A DNA stretch of 64,000 bases from Paludibacteraceae bacterium. GTDB taxonomy: Bacteria; Bacteroidota; Bacteroidia; Bacteroidales; Paludibacteraceae. This document shows positions 9,795 through 18,530 of this stretch, one piece after another (position 1 is the first letter of the stretch; each line of letters starts with the position of its first letter). Made by a program: the position numbers and the translations under genes. A model generated the notes under the pieces. It was not told where the DNA came from. It searched no databases and saw only the letters and a list, made by a program, of their open reading frames with translations. The stretch spans positions 1,045 through 65,044 of the forward strand of contig JAZQOG010000036.1 in NCBI GenBank assembly GCA_045627765.1, read 5' to 3'.

Positions 9795-11437
9795 TTGGCA
9801 GGCGTCAGTTTAAGGATTACACCCTTCCACGCGTCTAAACTGAGGTGAACAGGTTGGGTAGAGGTGAAGGATAGTTTTTTCCATTTGGTGCCGGTCAGCA
9901 AGTCCACGGCATTCGCTTTCTTCCACTCTTTTTGGCTGAGGTACTTGAAAGCGTCCTCGGGGATATTCACATCAATATCCACATATTTATCGTCAAAGTT
10001 CGTGGCGATGAGTAGGATGTCATCTCCTTTCTTACGAAGGAAAGCAAACTGTTCGTGTTTATTGAAATGTTCCGTTTGGGCATATTCGAGGTCGTACATC
10101 AATCCTTCGCGGATGGCTTGTTCATCCCTGGCTGCGGTTAGCAGTTTCTGATAGAACTCCCGAAGCTCTTTTTGTTCTTTGTTGAGGTTCTTGCCATCGA
10201 ACTTACCATGGTTCGCCCATGCTTGTATGGATTTGACGCCCCAATAATCGAAGATGGTCGTGCGTCCGTCCATACCCGAATAACCTTCTACGTCCATTCC
10301 TGTCTCGCCTAACTCTTGTCCGGAATAGATGAGTAAGGGGTTACGGCCTAAGGTGGCGGCTACAATCATTGCCGGCTCGGCGCACATCCCTCGTCCACAG
10401 AAGAATCCACTGGCAATACGTTGCTCGTCGTGGTTCTCTAAGAAATAAAGCATGTGATCTTGAATGTCCGCTACCGACTGCCAGTGTTGGGTGATACCTT
10501 CTACTGCCCAGTTCTTACTGGTTACACCCCGCAGGTATTCGTACATACCGACTTTGTCGTATAGGTATTCAAAACCCGCAGATAGGTAGTCGCGATAGAG
10601 ATAGGGGTTATAACACTCGGCTATGAATTGTACATCGGGATAGAAGGTGTGTACTTGGGGAATGACCCAACGCCAGAACTCCACGGGTACCATCTCTGCC
10701 ATATCCACACGGAAAGCGTCAATGCCTTTGCGAGACCAGAAACGCAAGATGTCTAACATCTTTTTCCATGTGTCAGGAATGGGGTGGAACTGCTTTTCTC
10801 CGCCCCCTTGATAGAACACGCCATAATTGAGTTTAACGGTCTCGTACCAATCGTCACGACTGGGGTTGGCAGAGAAACAATCGTTTCCTGTCACTTTCGC
10901 AGGGAACTCTTCGTAACCTTGGATGTCAAAACTCGGAGCGAAACGTTGCCCCGGGATATAGTAGAAGTTATTTAGGGGTGAGAATGCCCATTCGGTATGG
11001 TCATTCTGTCCGAGGTCTTTTACGCCTTTCGGCTTGCAGAGGGACTTATATTCGCGTGCTACATGGTTGGGCACAAAGTCGATAATGACTTTTAGTCCCG
11101 CCTTATGCGTGCGGCGCACCAATGCTTCAAACTCGGCGATACGCTTTTCGGGATCGGTACTTAAGTCCGGATCGACATCATAATAATCGGTGATGGCATA
11201 GGGACTACCGGCCTTACCTTTGGTGATAGAGGGAGTGTTAAACTCCGCCGTAGCGTGACGGATAACACCCGTGTACCAAATATGCGTGACACCCAATTCT
11301 AAGATAGACTTGAGGGCTTTTGGGGTGATGCCGGCAAAGGTACCACATCCATTTTCCTCTTTGCTACCATTGTTTTTGCGTGTCTCGTTGTAGTTGGAAA
11401 ACGTACGAGGTAGGAGTTGATAAATGATCGGTTTCAT
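9791..11437 (-). CDS. cytoplasmic GH13 alpha-amylase family glycosidase
   Basis: 548 aa with no signal peptide. GH13 regions IIDFVPNHVA, GIDAFRVDMAEMV, FIAECY and FLENHDEQRI. Confidence 0.85.
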   Translation of the reverse strand: MKPIIYQLLPRTFSNYNETRKNNGSKEENGCGTFAGITPKALKSILELGVTHIWYTGVIRHATAEFNTPSITKGKAGSPYAITDYYDVDPDLSTDPEKRIAEFEALVRRTHKAGLKVIIDFVPNHVAREYKSLCKPKGVKDLGQNDHTEWAFSPLNNFYYIPGQRFAPSFDIQGYEEFPAKVTGNDCFSANPSRDDWYETVKLNYGVFYQGGGEKQFHPIPDTWKKMLDILRFWSRKGIDAFRVDMAEMVPVEFWRWVIPQVHTFYPDVQFIAECYNPYLYRDYLSAGFEYLYDKVGMYEYLRGVTSKNWAVEGITQHWQSVADIQDHMLYFLENHDEQRIASGFFCGRGMCAEPAMIVAATLGRNPLLIYSGQELGETGMDVEGYSGMDGRTTIFDYWGVKSIQAWANHGKFDGKNLNKEQKELREFYQKLLTAARDEQAIREGLMYDLEYAQTEHFNKHEQFAFLRKKGDDILLIATNFDDKYVDIDVNIPEDAFKYLSQKEWKKANAVDLLTGTKWKKLSFTSTQPVHLSLDAWKGVILKLTPAK

Positions 11438-11449
11438 ATATAATAATCT

Positions 11450-12649
11450 TCAATCTTCAATAAGCCCCATCGTATCGCTTGCAATCATCAATTCTTCATC
11501 GGTGGGGATGATAACGACTTTCACTTTACTGTCGGGGGTAGAGATGATCTTTTCTTCTCCGCGTATTTTGTTGTTTAGTTCTTTGTCAATCTTTACGCCA
11601 AGGAACTCTAATCCCTCGACTGCGCCTTCGCGCATGCTGGGTTGGTTCTCGCCCACACCGGCGGTGAACACGATGATATCAACGCCTCCCATTGCTGCGG
11701 CAAAAGCACCGATGTATTTCTTAATCTTGTAGTTATACATCTTCAAGGCCAGCAAGGCTCTTGGGTCATTATTGGCGCAAGCGCTCTCTAACTCGCGCAT
11801 ATCCGATGATACGCCGAACACACCTTGTACGCCCGATTTCTTATTGAGGTAATTAGACATCTCGTCGGGTGAGAGGTTGAGCTTCTTCTCCAGATAGGTG
11901 ATGGCTCCGCCATCGACATCGCCCGAACGGGTACCCATCATAATACCCTCTAAGGGGGTCAGACCCATTGTGGTGTCAATACATTGACCGTTCTTCACTG
12001 CCGCTAATGAACCGCCATTGCCGATGTGGCAAGTGATGATGCGTTGTTTGGTATAATCGACACCGAGGAACTCGCACACGCGTTTGGAGACGTAGCGGTG
12101 GCTGGTTCCGTGGAAACCGTAACGACGTACGCCATATTTCTCATAAACCTCGTAGGGTAGGGCATAGAGGTACGCATAATCGGGCATAGTCTGATGGAAG
12201 GCGGTATCGAACACACCTACTTGAGGCAGACCGGGCATGAGTTCGCTCACGGCGTGAATACCTTTGAGGTTAGCGGGGTTGTGCAAGGGAGCCAAGTCGC
12301 TGCACGCTTCGAAAGCTTTCAGCACTTCGTCATTGATGAGAACGGATTTAGCGAATTTCTCTCCGCCGTGTACCATGCGATGGCCAACTGCATTGATTTC
12401 TTTGAGGGATTGGATTGCACCAATCTCTTTGTCCGTAAGCAACGACAGAATAAATTTCACCCCTTCCGTATGCTCGGGGATGTCGTGCATGATCTTGCGT
12501 TTTTCTCCGTTGGGTAACTTAACCTTAACAAAAGCTTCCGGCATACCTACGCGCTCTGCACCACCGGAGGCAATCACTTCGCGTGTATCCATATTATACA
12601 ACGCATACTTAATGGACGAACTACCACAGTTTAATACTAATATCTTCAT
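11450..12649 (-). CDS. ackA: acetate kinase
   Basis: 399 aa. LVLNCGSSSIKY and RRYGFHGTSH motifs. Confidence 0.95.
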   Translation of the reverse strand: MKILVLNCGSSSIKYALYNMDTREVIASGGAERVGMPEAFVKVKLPNGEKRKIMHDIPEHTEGVKFILSLLTDKEIGAIQSLKEINAVGHRMVHGGEKFAKSVLINDEVLKAFEACSDLAPLHNPANLKGIHAVSELMPGLPQVGVFDTAFHQTMPDYAYLYALPYEVYEKYGVRRYGFHGTSHRYVSKRVCEFLGVDYTKQRIITCHIGNGGSLAAVKNGQCIDTTMGLTPLEGIMMGTRSGDVDGGAITYLEKKLNLSPDEMSNYLNKKSGVQGVFGVSSDMRELESACANNDPRALLALKMYNYKIKKYIGAFAAAMGGVDIIVFTAGVGENQPSMREGAVEGLEFLGVKIDKELNNKIRGEEKIISTPDSKVKVVIIPTDEELMIASDTMGLIED

Positions 12650-12653
12650 AATG

Positions 12654-13655
12654 TTAATCTTTTATTGCTTGACAAGCGGTAATAATAATCATTTGCACAA
12701 TATCTTGCACTTTGCATCCACGACTAAGGTCATTGACAGGAGCGGCTATACCTTGTAGGATAGGACCAACGGCGTTTGCGCCCGAGAAACGTTCCACGAG
12801 TTTGTACCCGATGTTTCCTGCCTGTAGGTCGGGGAAGACAAGCACGTTGGCTTTACCGGCTACCGGACTGTTCGGAGCTTTCGTCTTGGCTACGGTCTCA
12901 ATCAGTGCGGCATCGGCTTGTAGTTCGCCGTCAAGCAGTAGCTCGGGTGCTTTTTCTTTGGCAATACGAGTGGCCTCTGTCACTTTATCAATGAGTTCGT
13001 GTTTAGCACTACCTTTGGTCGAGAAGGACAGCATCGCTACGCGAGGTTCGATACCGGCAATACTCTTGGCCGTCTCGGCGGTGGAGATAGCAATCTGAGC
13101 CAGTTCCTCTGCGTTAGGGCAGGGATTGACGGCGCAGTCAGCGAATACAAGGAATCCGTCTTCGCCTAACTGTTTGGCAGGGGTGAACATCAAGAACGCA
13201 CCACTCACGACGGATACGCCCGGTTTGGTTTTTAATATCTGGAAGGCAGGACGAATCGTGTCCGCGGTCGTACCACGAGCACCGGCCAGTTCGCCGTCGG
13301 CATCACCGTTCTTAATCATCAAACAACCCAAATAGAGGGGGTCTTTGACTTTCTTCGCAGCCTCTTCTTCGGTCATACCTTTGGCTTTGCGCAGTTCGTA
13401 AAGCAGGTTGGCATAGACGCTCATCCGAGGATCGGACTCGGGATCCACGATGGTGGCTTGCGGGATAAAGGCATAACCTTTCTCTTTTGCCATCGAGAGG
13501 ATGGTGGTTGGGTTACCGATAAGAATGAGTTTAGCAATACCTTCTTTTAGAATGGTATTGGCCGCCTCGAGGGTACGAGGTTCGTCCCCTTCGGGTAAAA
13601 CGATGCGTTGCGGATGGCTCTTCGCACGCGCGAGCATTTGATTTAAAATGTCCAT
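12654..13655 (-). CDS. pta: phosphate acetyltransferase (short form)
   Basis: 333 aa, PTA_PTB-type sequence, immediately upstream of ackA. Confidence 0.95.
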   Translation of the reverse strand: MDILNQMLARAKSHPQRIVLPEGDEPRTLEAANTILKEGIAKLILIGNPTTILSMAKEKGYAFIPQATIVDPESDPRMSVYANLLYELRKAKGMTEEEAAKKVKDPLYLGCLMIKNGDADGELAGARGTTADTIRPAFQILKTKPGVSVVSGAFLMFTPAKQLGEDGFLVFADCAVNPCPNAEELAQIAISTAETAKSIAGIEPRVAMLSFSTKGSAKHELIDKVTEATRIAKEKAPELLLDGELQADAALIETVAKTKAPNSPVAGKANVLVFPDLQAGNIGYKLVERFSGANAVGPILQGIAAPVNDLSRGCKVQDIVQMIIITACQAIKD

Positions 13656-13683
13656 AATCTATTTTTTATTTATTATTTACACA

Positions 13684-13715
13684 CTACTCCTCTACTCCTT
13701 TACTCCTCTACCCCC
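13684..13715 (-). repeat. 8-bp-period repeat CTACTCCT x4 (AGGAGTAG on the transcribed strand) in the pta-ackA 5' UTR
   Basis: ctactcct ctactcct ttactcct ctaccccc, lying between the -7 box (13729-13736) and ATG 13655. Confidence 0.85.
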
Positions 13716-13728
13716 ATAAAAATCGTTG

Positions 13729-13736
13729 CAAAGTTA
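13729..13736 (-). promoter_or_regulatory. -7 box TAACTTTG for pta-ackA
   Basis: Plus strand reads caaagtta. The -33 TTTG (caaa 13757-13760) lies exactly 20 nt upstream. Confidence 0.7.
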
Positions 13737-13829
13737 CAAAAAATAGTGCATATATGCAAATCTTAAGTGAAGATTTTAGAAAAAAGTATTTTTTTTTCAA
13801 AAAAAGTTGTACAATTAAAAAAAAAGTTG

Positions 13830-13837
13830 TATCTTTG
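13830..13837 (+). promoter_or_regulatory. -7 box TATCTTTG for the OmpA-family gene
   Basis: 42 nt upstream of ATG 13880. Confidence 0.7.
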
Positions 13838-13879
13838 CACGCTGAATTTGTGAATGACATAAATTTTTATTTAATAGAT

Positions 13880-15280
13880 ATGAAAAAACTTGTCCTTTTA
13901 TCCTTAATTTTATTAAGTTCTTCGATGGTTTTGGTGGCTCAGGAAGCTGCTGATAATAGTAAAGATACGCTTGGTATCCACCCTTGGAACGTTGCCGAGA
14001 ATTCTAAACACGTGATGATGGACGAGGACGCTAATTGGTCGCTCTTCCTTCATGGCGGTTTTAACGTGTTTGACGGTGACTTCGCTTCGGAGAAGAAGCA
14101 TGGTGTTTATGCTCCTTCCGTTGGTTTGGGTGCGGACTATAAGTTCAACCCTACTTGGGGTATCGGCTTGGATTATACCTTCCGTCAAGTGGGTGTTACC
14201 GGTGACACGAAGGCTGCGGATAATGCGGATAAACTCTTGAAGGGTTTCCAACATCAAGCGGTAGCATATCTGAGTTTTGATATCTTTAATATCTTCTTCC
14301 CGAAAGCCACAACGAAGCTCTTCTGCCTTAATGTCTTCGGTGGCGGTGGCGCGATGTTCTGGCGTAATACTATTCAATATCCTACGGGTCGTTTCACTTA
14401 TACGACGAATACCGAGGGAGAGAAGATTAAGGTTTGGGAGTCGGAGTATGGTAAATATCATACAGCCAATAAGGATCCCGAGAAGATGGATAAGTATAAA
14501 GCGGTGGGTGCGTTAGAGGCAGGTTTGTCGTTTGACTTTAACGTTTCTCGTGACATCGCCATTGGTCTTCGTGCCTTATATACGTACTATGTTTCGGATG
14601 CTATTGATGGTCGTCTGTTGAGTAACAATAACGATGGTGTGTTTGATACCGAGCTCTTGTTGCGTTGGAAGATTCAGGCAAACAAGAAATCGCACGTCAA
14701 CAACTATGTTAATAAGGCTCAGATTGCTCACGTGGCTAAGGATACCGTGGTGGTTGTACAACGCGATACGGTTATCATGCAAGTAGCGAAGGGAGATACG
14801 ACCACGAATATCTATAACACCAATAGTTCTACTACGTATATCTCTAATCCCGAGTCCGAGAAGGAGAATTACTACTATGTATATTTCCAAACCGATCATT
14901 ACAACTTGACGGATGAGGCATTGGTGGTTATCCAACAAGTGGCTGACCGCTTGCAAGAGAATCCTGACTTATATGTGGCTGTTATCGGTTATTGCGATAA
15001 CGTAGGTACCGCTAATTATAACAAACGCTTGGGTTCGGATCGTGCGCAAAACGTGATGGAAGAGTTGGAGATGGAGCATGGTGTCGATGCAGAGCGTATG
15101 TTCGCTATCAGTAAAGGTATCGTGGTTGGCAGACGTAGCAGTTCGCAATATGCGCCGAACCGTCGTGTAGAGATTCGTCTTGTTAACCGTTCGTTCTTTG
15201 ATAACCTTCGCGTACAATACCGCGAGGATATTGAGTGGCAAAAGAAATATCTGGAGCAGAAAGCTTCTGAAAAGAAATAA
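13880..15280 (+). CDS. OmpA-family outer membrane protein
   Basis: The track ORF starts at 13754. I trimmed it to MKKLVLLSLILLSSSMVLVAQEA because the promoter lies inside the longer ORF. The C-terminal OmpA_C domain reads YVAVIGYCDNVGTANYNKRLGSDRAQNV...NRRVEIRLV. Confidence 0.8.
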   Translation: MKKLVLLSLILLSSSMVLVAQEAADNSKDTLGIHPWNVAENSKHVMMDEDANWSLFLHGGFNVFDGDFASEKKHGVYAPSVGLGADYKFNPTWGIGLDYTFRQVGVTGDTKAADNADKLLKGFQHQAVAYLSFDIFNIFFPKATTKLFCLNVFGGGGAMFWRNTIQYPTGRFTYTTNTEGEKIKVWESEYGKYHTANKDPEKMDKYKAVGALEAGLSFDFNVSRDIAIGLRALYTYYVSDAIDGRLLSNNNDGVFDTELLLRWKIQANKKSHVNNYVNKAQIAHVAKDTVVVVQRDTVIMQVAKGDTTTNIYNTNSSTTYISNPESEKENYYYVYFQTDHYNLTDEALVVIQQVADRLQENPDLYVAVIGYCDNVGTANYNKRLGSDRAQNVMEELEMEHGVDAERMFAISKGIVVGRRSSSQYAPNRRVEIRLVNRSFFDNLRVQYREDIEWQKKYLEQKASEKK

Positions 15281-15296
15281 CACTCTGCGGAGTGAT

Positions 15297-15371
15297 GGTC
15301 TCTTAGCTCAGTTGGTTAGTAGCACCTGACTCATAATCAGGGGGTCCAAGGTTCAAGCCCTTGAGGGACCA
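15297..15371 (+). tRNA. tRNA with CAT anticodon (elongator Met or lysidine-type Ile2, not distinguishable by eye)
   Basis: Cloverleaf GGTCTCT/AGGGACC acceptor, anticodon arm CCTGA-CTCATAA-TCAGG, T arm CAAGG-TTCAAGC-CCTTG. No encoded CCA. Confidence 0.85.
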
Positions 15372-15405
15372 CAACAAAGGCAGTCATCGGACTGCCTTTT
15401 GTTGT
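15371..15405 (+). terminator. hairpin terminator after the tRNA
   Basis: ACAACAAAGGCAGT-catcgg-ACTGCCTTTTGTTGT, followed by TT. Confidence 0.6.
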
Positions 15406-15422
15406 TTAGTACCTGCGGTGCT

Positions 15423-15474
15423 CCTAGATTTCCTAGTAGGCGTCAGCCGTCTCTATATTTCCTAGATTGTCTAG
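15423..15474. repeat. CCTAGATTT-type short repeats flanking an AGGCGTCAGCCGTCTC core
   Basis: cctagatttcctag + taggcgtcagccgtctc + tatatttcctagattgtctag. The word CTAGATTGTCTAG recurs inside the CDS at 56244-56297. Confidence 0.8.
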
Positions 15475-15512
15475 TCACCTCCTCCCTCGCATCTGTGAGA
15501 GATAAAGAAAAA

Positions 15513-15539
15513 AGAGCCATTCCCTTTCGGAACGGCTCT
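15513..15539 (-). terminator. rho-independent terminator of the lipoprotein gene (bidirectional geometry)
   Basis: AGAGCC(A)TTCC-ctttc-GGAA(C)GGCTCT, with a T-run on the minus strand (plus-strand aaaaaa 15507-15512). Confidence 0.7.
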
Positions 15540-15563
15540 TTTCCTTTTCTTTTCGCTTCTCAT

Positions 15564-16160
15564 TTAATCCCCTATATGCTCACAATAATATGAGGCCACA
15601 TAGCAACTGCCATCCTCTGCCACTTTGTCGCCACTGGCACCGTAGCTATCAAATTTTTTCGTGAAAATCTCTTTTACCTTATTTATCTCACTATTTTTCA
15701 CAGCCTCAATAAAGGCAGCGTGATCTTCGCACTTCGTTTCATTAACGGATGCTTTATAGGAAATATTCTCCCCACTATGGTTGTACGCATAGTTAGCAAA
15801 ACCAACGATGGCCGCTCTAATCGATTTGAGGTCGCCTACAAAGTATTCAACTTCACTACCCAGACATTTGTCTTCAGTGCAGGCAATAGATATTGCGGCA
15901 CCCAGGTCAAGATAGTTCTTGGAACTTTTTTCTTCCAGCACTTTCTTAAAAGCAGCTTCTTTTTTCTTTTGAACGAAAAATCCATTTTCCGCTTTTACCC
16001 AACCGGCTTTCGTCAATACTTCCTCAGCAGCGGCTGGGGTCTTACCTACTACTTCGTCGCAAAGCTTCGCATAATCTACCGAAACAACGGACGGATCCTT
16101 TTTGCAACTTGTTAACGCGATGGCGGCAACAGCCATCAGTGCCAGAAATACTTTTTTCAT
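15564..16160 (-). CDS. hypothetical lipoprotein
   Basis: 198 aa. MKKVFLALMAVAAIALTSCKK with lipobox LTSC. No family recognised. Confidence 0.6.
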   Translation of the reverse strand: MKKVFLALMAVAAIALTSCKKDPSVVSVDYAKLCDEVVGKTPAAAEEVLTKAGWVKAENGFFVQKKKEAAFKKVLEEKSSKNYLDLGAAISIACTEDKCLGSEVEYFVGDLKSIRAAIVGFANYAYNHSGENISYKASVNETKCEDHAAFIEAVKNSEINKVKEIFTKKFDSYGASGDKVAEDGSCYVASYYCEHIGD

Positions 16161-16252
16161 AATTGTTTTGTTTTTAGTTGTTAATTGTTATTAGTTATTA
16201 GTCATTAGATTAATTTTAGTGCTTAGTAAAACCCTACTCCCAAATTCCGCTG

Positions 16253-16260
16253 CAAAGGTA
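16253..16260 (-). promoter_or_regulatory. -7 box TACCTTTG for the lipoprotein gene
   Basis: Plus strand reads caaaggta, followed by the conserved ttttttgatatatgcaaata (-33 region). Confidence 0.7.
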
Positions 16261-16569
16261 CGTTTTTTTTTTGATATATGCAAATATTTTTGCTTTTTTT
16301 ATCGCTATGCGAAAAAATCTTAACGCAAGTAGAGGCAAAAATCTTATAAAATATAATCTTTACTAAAAATCTATCTGTGTAATATATTTCCCTATAATTT
16401 TATTATTGTGTTGTGTAAGCAACACGAGGTACGACGAAGGAGTACCGCTTTTTTTAGTTCTTTCTTTTTGGAAGCGGAAGTTTTACTTACGACTGAAAAA
16501 AAAAAGAAGTAAAAAAAATAATAAAAATAATCAGTGCAATCAGTGGAATCTGTGAGAGATTTCAACCTG

Positions 16570-17025
16570 CTAAACCCGCTTAAGATTATGCAACTCCCTC
16601 TCCGCTTCGCGCTGTTTGATGGTTTGTCGTTTGTCGTACTCGTGCTTACCTTGACACAACCCGATTTCCATCTTCGCGTACCCGCGCTCGTTAATAAATA
16701 AGGAGAGGGGAATGATGGTCTTACCGCTTTCTTTCGTTTGGCGTTCTAACTTATTCAGTTCTTTGCGCGTGAGCAGCAGTTTGCGGTCGCGTTTGACCTC
16801 GTGATTTGCGTACGAACCAAAACGATATTCGGAGATGTTCATCTGCTTCACCCATAACTCTTTGCCAAGGAAGATACAATAGGTATCCGCCAGGGATGCT
16901 TTGCTCTCGCGAATGGATTTGATTTCCGTTCCGAAGAGTTGGATTCCGGCGATGTACTTATCGAGGATGGCATAGTCAAAAAATGCCCTACGATTCTTAA
17001 TATGTATATCACTTTTGGCTCGCAT
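16570..17025 (-). CDS. smpB: SsrA-binding protein
   Basis: The track ORF extends to 17136 across the promoter. I trimmed it to [18 protein letters not shown] (152 aa), a typical SmpB N-terminus. Confidence 0.9.
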   Translation of the reverse strand: MRAKSDIHIKNRRAFFDYAILDKYIAGIQLFGTEIKSIRESKASLADTYCIFLGKELWVKQMNISEYRFGSYANHEVKRDRKLLLTRKELNKLERQTKESGKTIIPLSLFINERGYAKMEIGLCQGKHEYDKRQTIKQREAERELHNLKRV

Positions 17026-17051
17026 AACGAGGTATTTGTCGAAATTTGCTG

Positions 17052-17059
17052 CAAAAGTA
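17052..17059 (-). promoter_or_regulatory. -7 box TACTTTTG for smpB
   Basis: Plus strand reads caaaagta. The -33 (caaa 17080-17083) lies 20 nt upstream. Confidence 0.7.
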
Positions 17060-17091
17060 TATAAAATTTTGCAAATATGCAAAAATTTTTG

Positions 17092-17099
17092 TAATTTTG
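17092..17099 (+). promoter_or_regulatory. -7 box TAATTTTG for the rnr operon
   Basis: The -33 TTTG at 17068-17071 lies 20 nt upstream. ATG 17127 is 28 nt downstream. Confidence 0.7.
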
Positions 17100-17126
17100 C
17101 ACCCGATATTGCGATTTTATGCATAA

Positions 17127-18530
17127 ATGACCTCAATAAACGACGATATTGCCCAAGAAATTCCTCGCAGACGCGATATGCGTGAGCCTCTCACGTTCAC
17201 TATCGACCCTGCGGATGCTAAGGACTTTGATGATGCCCTCTCCTTTGAATCGTTAGGAGACGGACTCTACCAAGTCGGGGTGCATATTGCGGATGTTACG
17301 CACTATGTCCTGCCCGATACGGATATTGATGACGAGGCGTACCAACGAGGAACGAGCATATACGAAGTCAATCGGGTCACACCGATGTTGCCCGAAGAAC
17401 TTTGCAACGATTTATGTTCCTTGCGACCGAATGAGGATAAGCTGACCATGTCCGTCATCTTCACTATGACCGCTGATGCCAAGGTCGTTAAGCATAAGAT
17501 CTGCCGTACGGTCATCCGTTCCGATTTCCGCCTCACTTACGAGCAAGCTCAATCCATCCTTGACGGCAAAGCCGATCTTTCAGCCGAAGGCGGTCTTTCA
17601 GCGAAGCGGTCTTTCAGCGATAGCGGTCTTTCAGGCGAAGCCGGTCTTCAACAGGCTCTTCGCGAGTTGAACCTGATGGCTATTGCCCTTCGTCAGCGTC
17701 GTATAGCGGCAGGGGCTCTGTCGATAGATAAGGAGGAACCGCGTTTTGAATTGGACGCGAAGGGTCTGCCGACGGCTATTTATTTTGAGGCTCCTACACC
17801 GGCTCACCACCTGATTGAGGAGTTTATGTTACTGACCAATCGTACGATAGCGTCGCAAGTGGGGACGTTACCTTTCGTTTATCGTGTGCATGACTTGCCT
17901 GACACAGAGAAGCTGCGTCATGTCGAGCAGTTTAAGCGGAAGATGAAGAATAGGGTGCGTTCCGAAGTGATAGACTTACTCACGATTCGTGCGATGGCGA
18001 AGGCCGAATACTCGACTCATAATATCGGACATTTTGGCTTGCGTTTTTCCCATTATACGCATTTCACGTCGCCTATTCGTCGCTATCCGGATATGATGGT
18101 TCATCGGCTGGTGGATAAGTACATCCTTCGAGGCAAGCCGTCCAAAGACCCGAAAACGGAGAAAGAGATCTTAGAGCAGGCTTGTAAGCACTGTTCTGAG
18201 ATGGAACTTTTGGCGCAGGAGGCAGAAAGGGCTTCTGTCAAACTCTACCAAACGTTGTGGATGAGTAACCACATGGGAGAGGTGTTTGATGGTACGATCT
18301 CCAGTGTGACGGAGTTTGGGCTTTTTGTTGCGCTCAATGAGTCGCGTTGTGAAGGATTAGTGCATATTTACGATGTGATTCCGGGGGAGTATATGCTTTA
18401 TGAGGAGAAGAACTACCGTCTTGTAGGGGAGACGACAGGTAAGACCTTCACCATTGGTGACCCTATGCGGGTGCAGGTGGTGAAAGTGGATATTGATCGT
18501 GTACAGATAGATTTTATGCCAATAATATGA
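17127..18530 (+). CDS. rnr: RNase R/II-family exoribonuclease, RNB + S1 domains only (no N-terminal cold-shock/OB region)
   Basis: 467 aa. It starts at the RNB boundary ([26 protein letters not shown]), has [17 protein letters not shown], and has a C-terminal S1-like segment [20 protein letters not shown]. Confidence 0.8.
   Translation: MTSINDDIAQEIPRRRDMREPLTFTIDPADAKDFDDALSFESLGDGLYQVGVHIADVTHYVLPDTDIDDEAYQRGTSIYEVNRVTPMLPEELCNDLCSLRPNEDKLTMSVIFTMTADAKVVKHKICRTVIRSDFRLTYEQAQSILDGKADLSAEGGLSAKRSFSDSGLSGEAGLQQALRELNLMAIALRQRRIAAGALSIDKEEPRFELDAKGLPTAIYFEAPTPAHHLIEEFMLLTNRTIASQVGTLPFVYRVHDLPDTEKLRHVEQFKRKMKNRVRSEVIDLLTIRAMAKAEYSTHNIGHFGLRFSHYTHFTSPIRRYPDMMVHRLVDKYILRGKPSKDPKTEKEILEQACKHCSEMELLAQEAERASVKLYQTLWMSNHMGEVFDGTISSVTEFGLFVALNESRCEGLVHIYDVIPGEYMLYEEKNYRLVGETTGKTFTIGDPMRVQVVKVDIDRVQIDFMPII
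17571..17652 (+). repeat. 15-17-bp-period tandem repeat inside rnr, in frame
   Basis: gccgatctttcagccgaag gcggtctttcagcgaa gcggtctttcagcgata gcggtctttcaggcgaa gccggtcttcaac, encoding [27 protein letters not shown]. It contains TCTTTCAGGCGAAGCCGGTC (17627-17646). Confidence 0.85.

Noticed and set aside
13754-13879. N-terminal extensions offered by the ORF track: 13754 (OmpA gene), 17136 (smpB), 33620 (glycogen synthase), 38008 (gldJ), 49877 (glucosaminidase), 60973 (CapD-like), 29937 (103-aa gene), and TTG starts at 33566 (panC), 57060 and 27416.
   Set aside because: The extensions run across recognisable TAnnTTTG promoters or into the upstream gene, use TTG, or precede an obvious signal peptide or canonical family N-terminus that begins at an internal ATG.
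16161-16569. tmRNA (ssrA) next to smpB.
   Set aside because: I read the whole 410-bp spacer on both strands. It has no tRNA-like acceptor/T-arm end (GGTTCGA..CCACCA) and no tag reading frame, only AT-rich short repeats and small hairpins.
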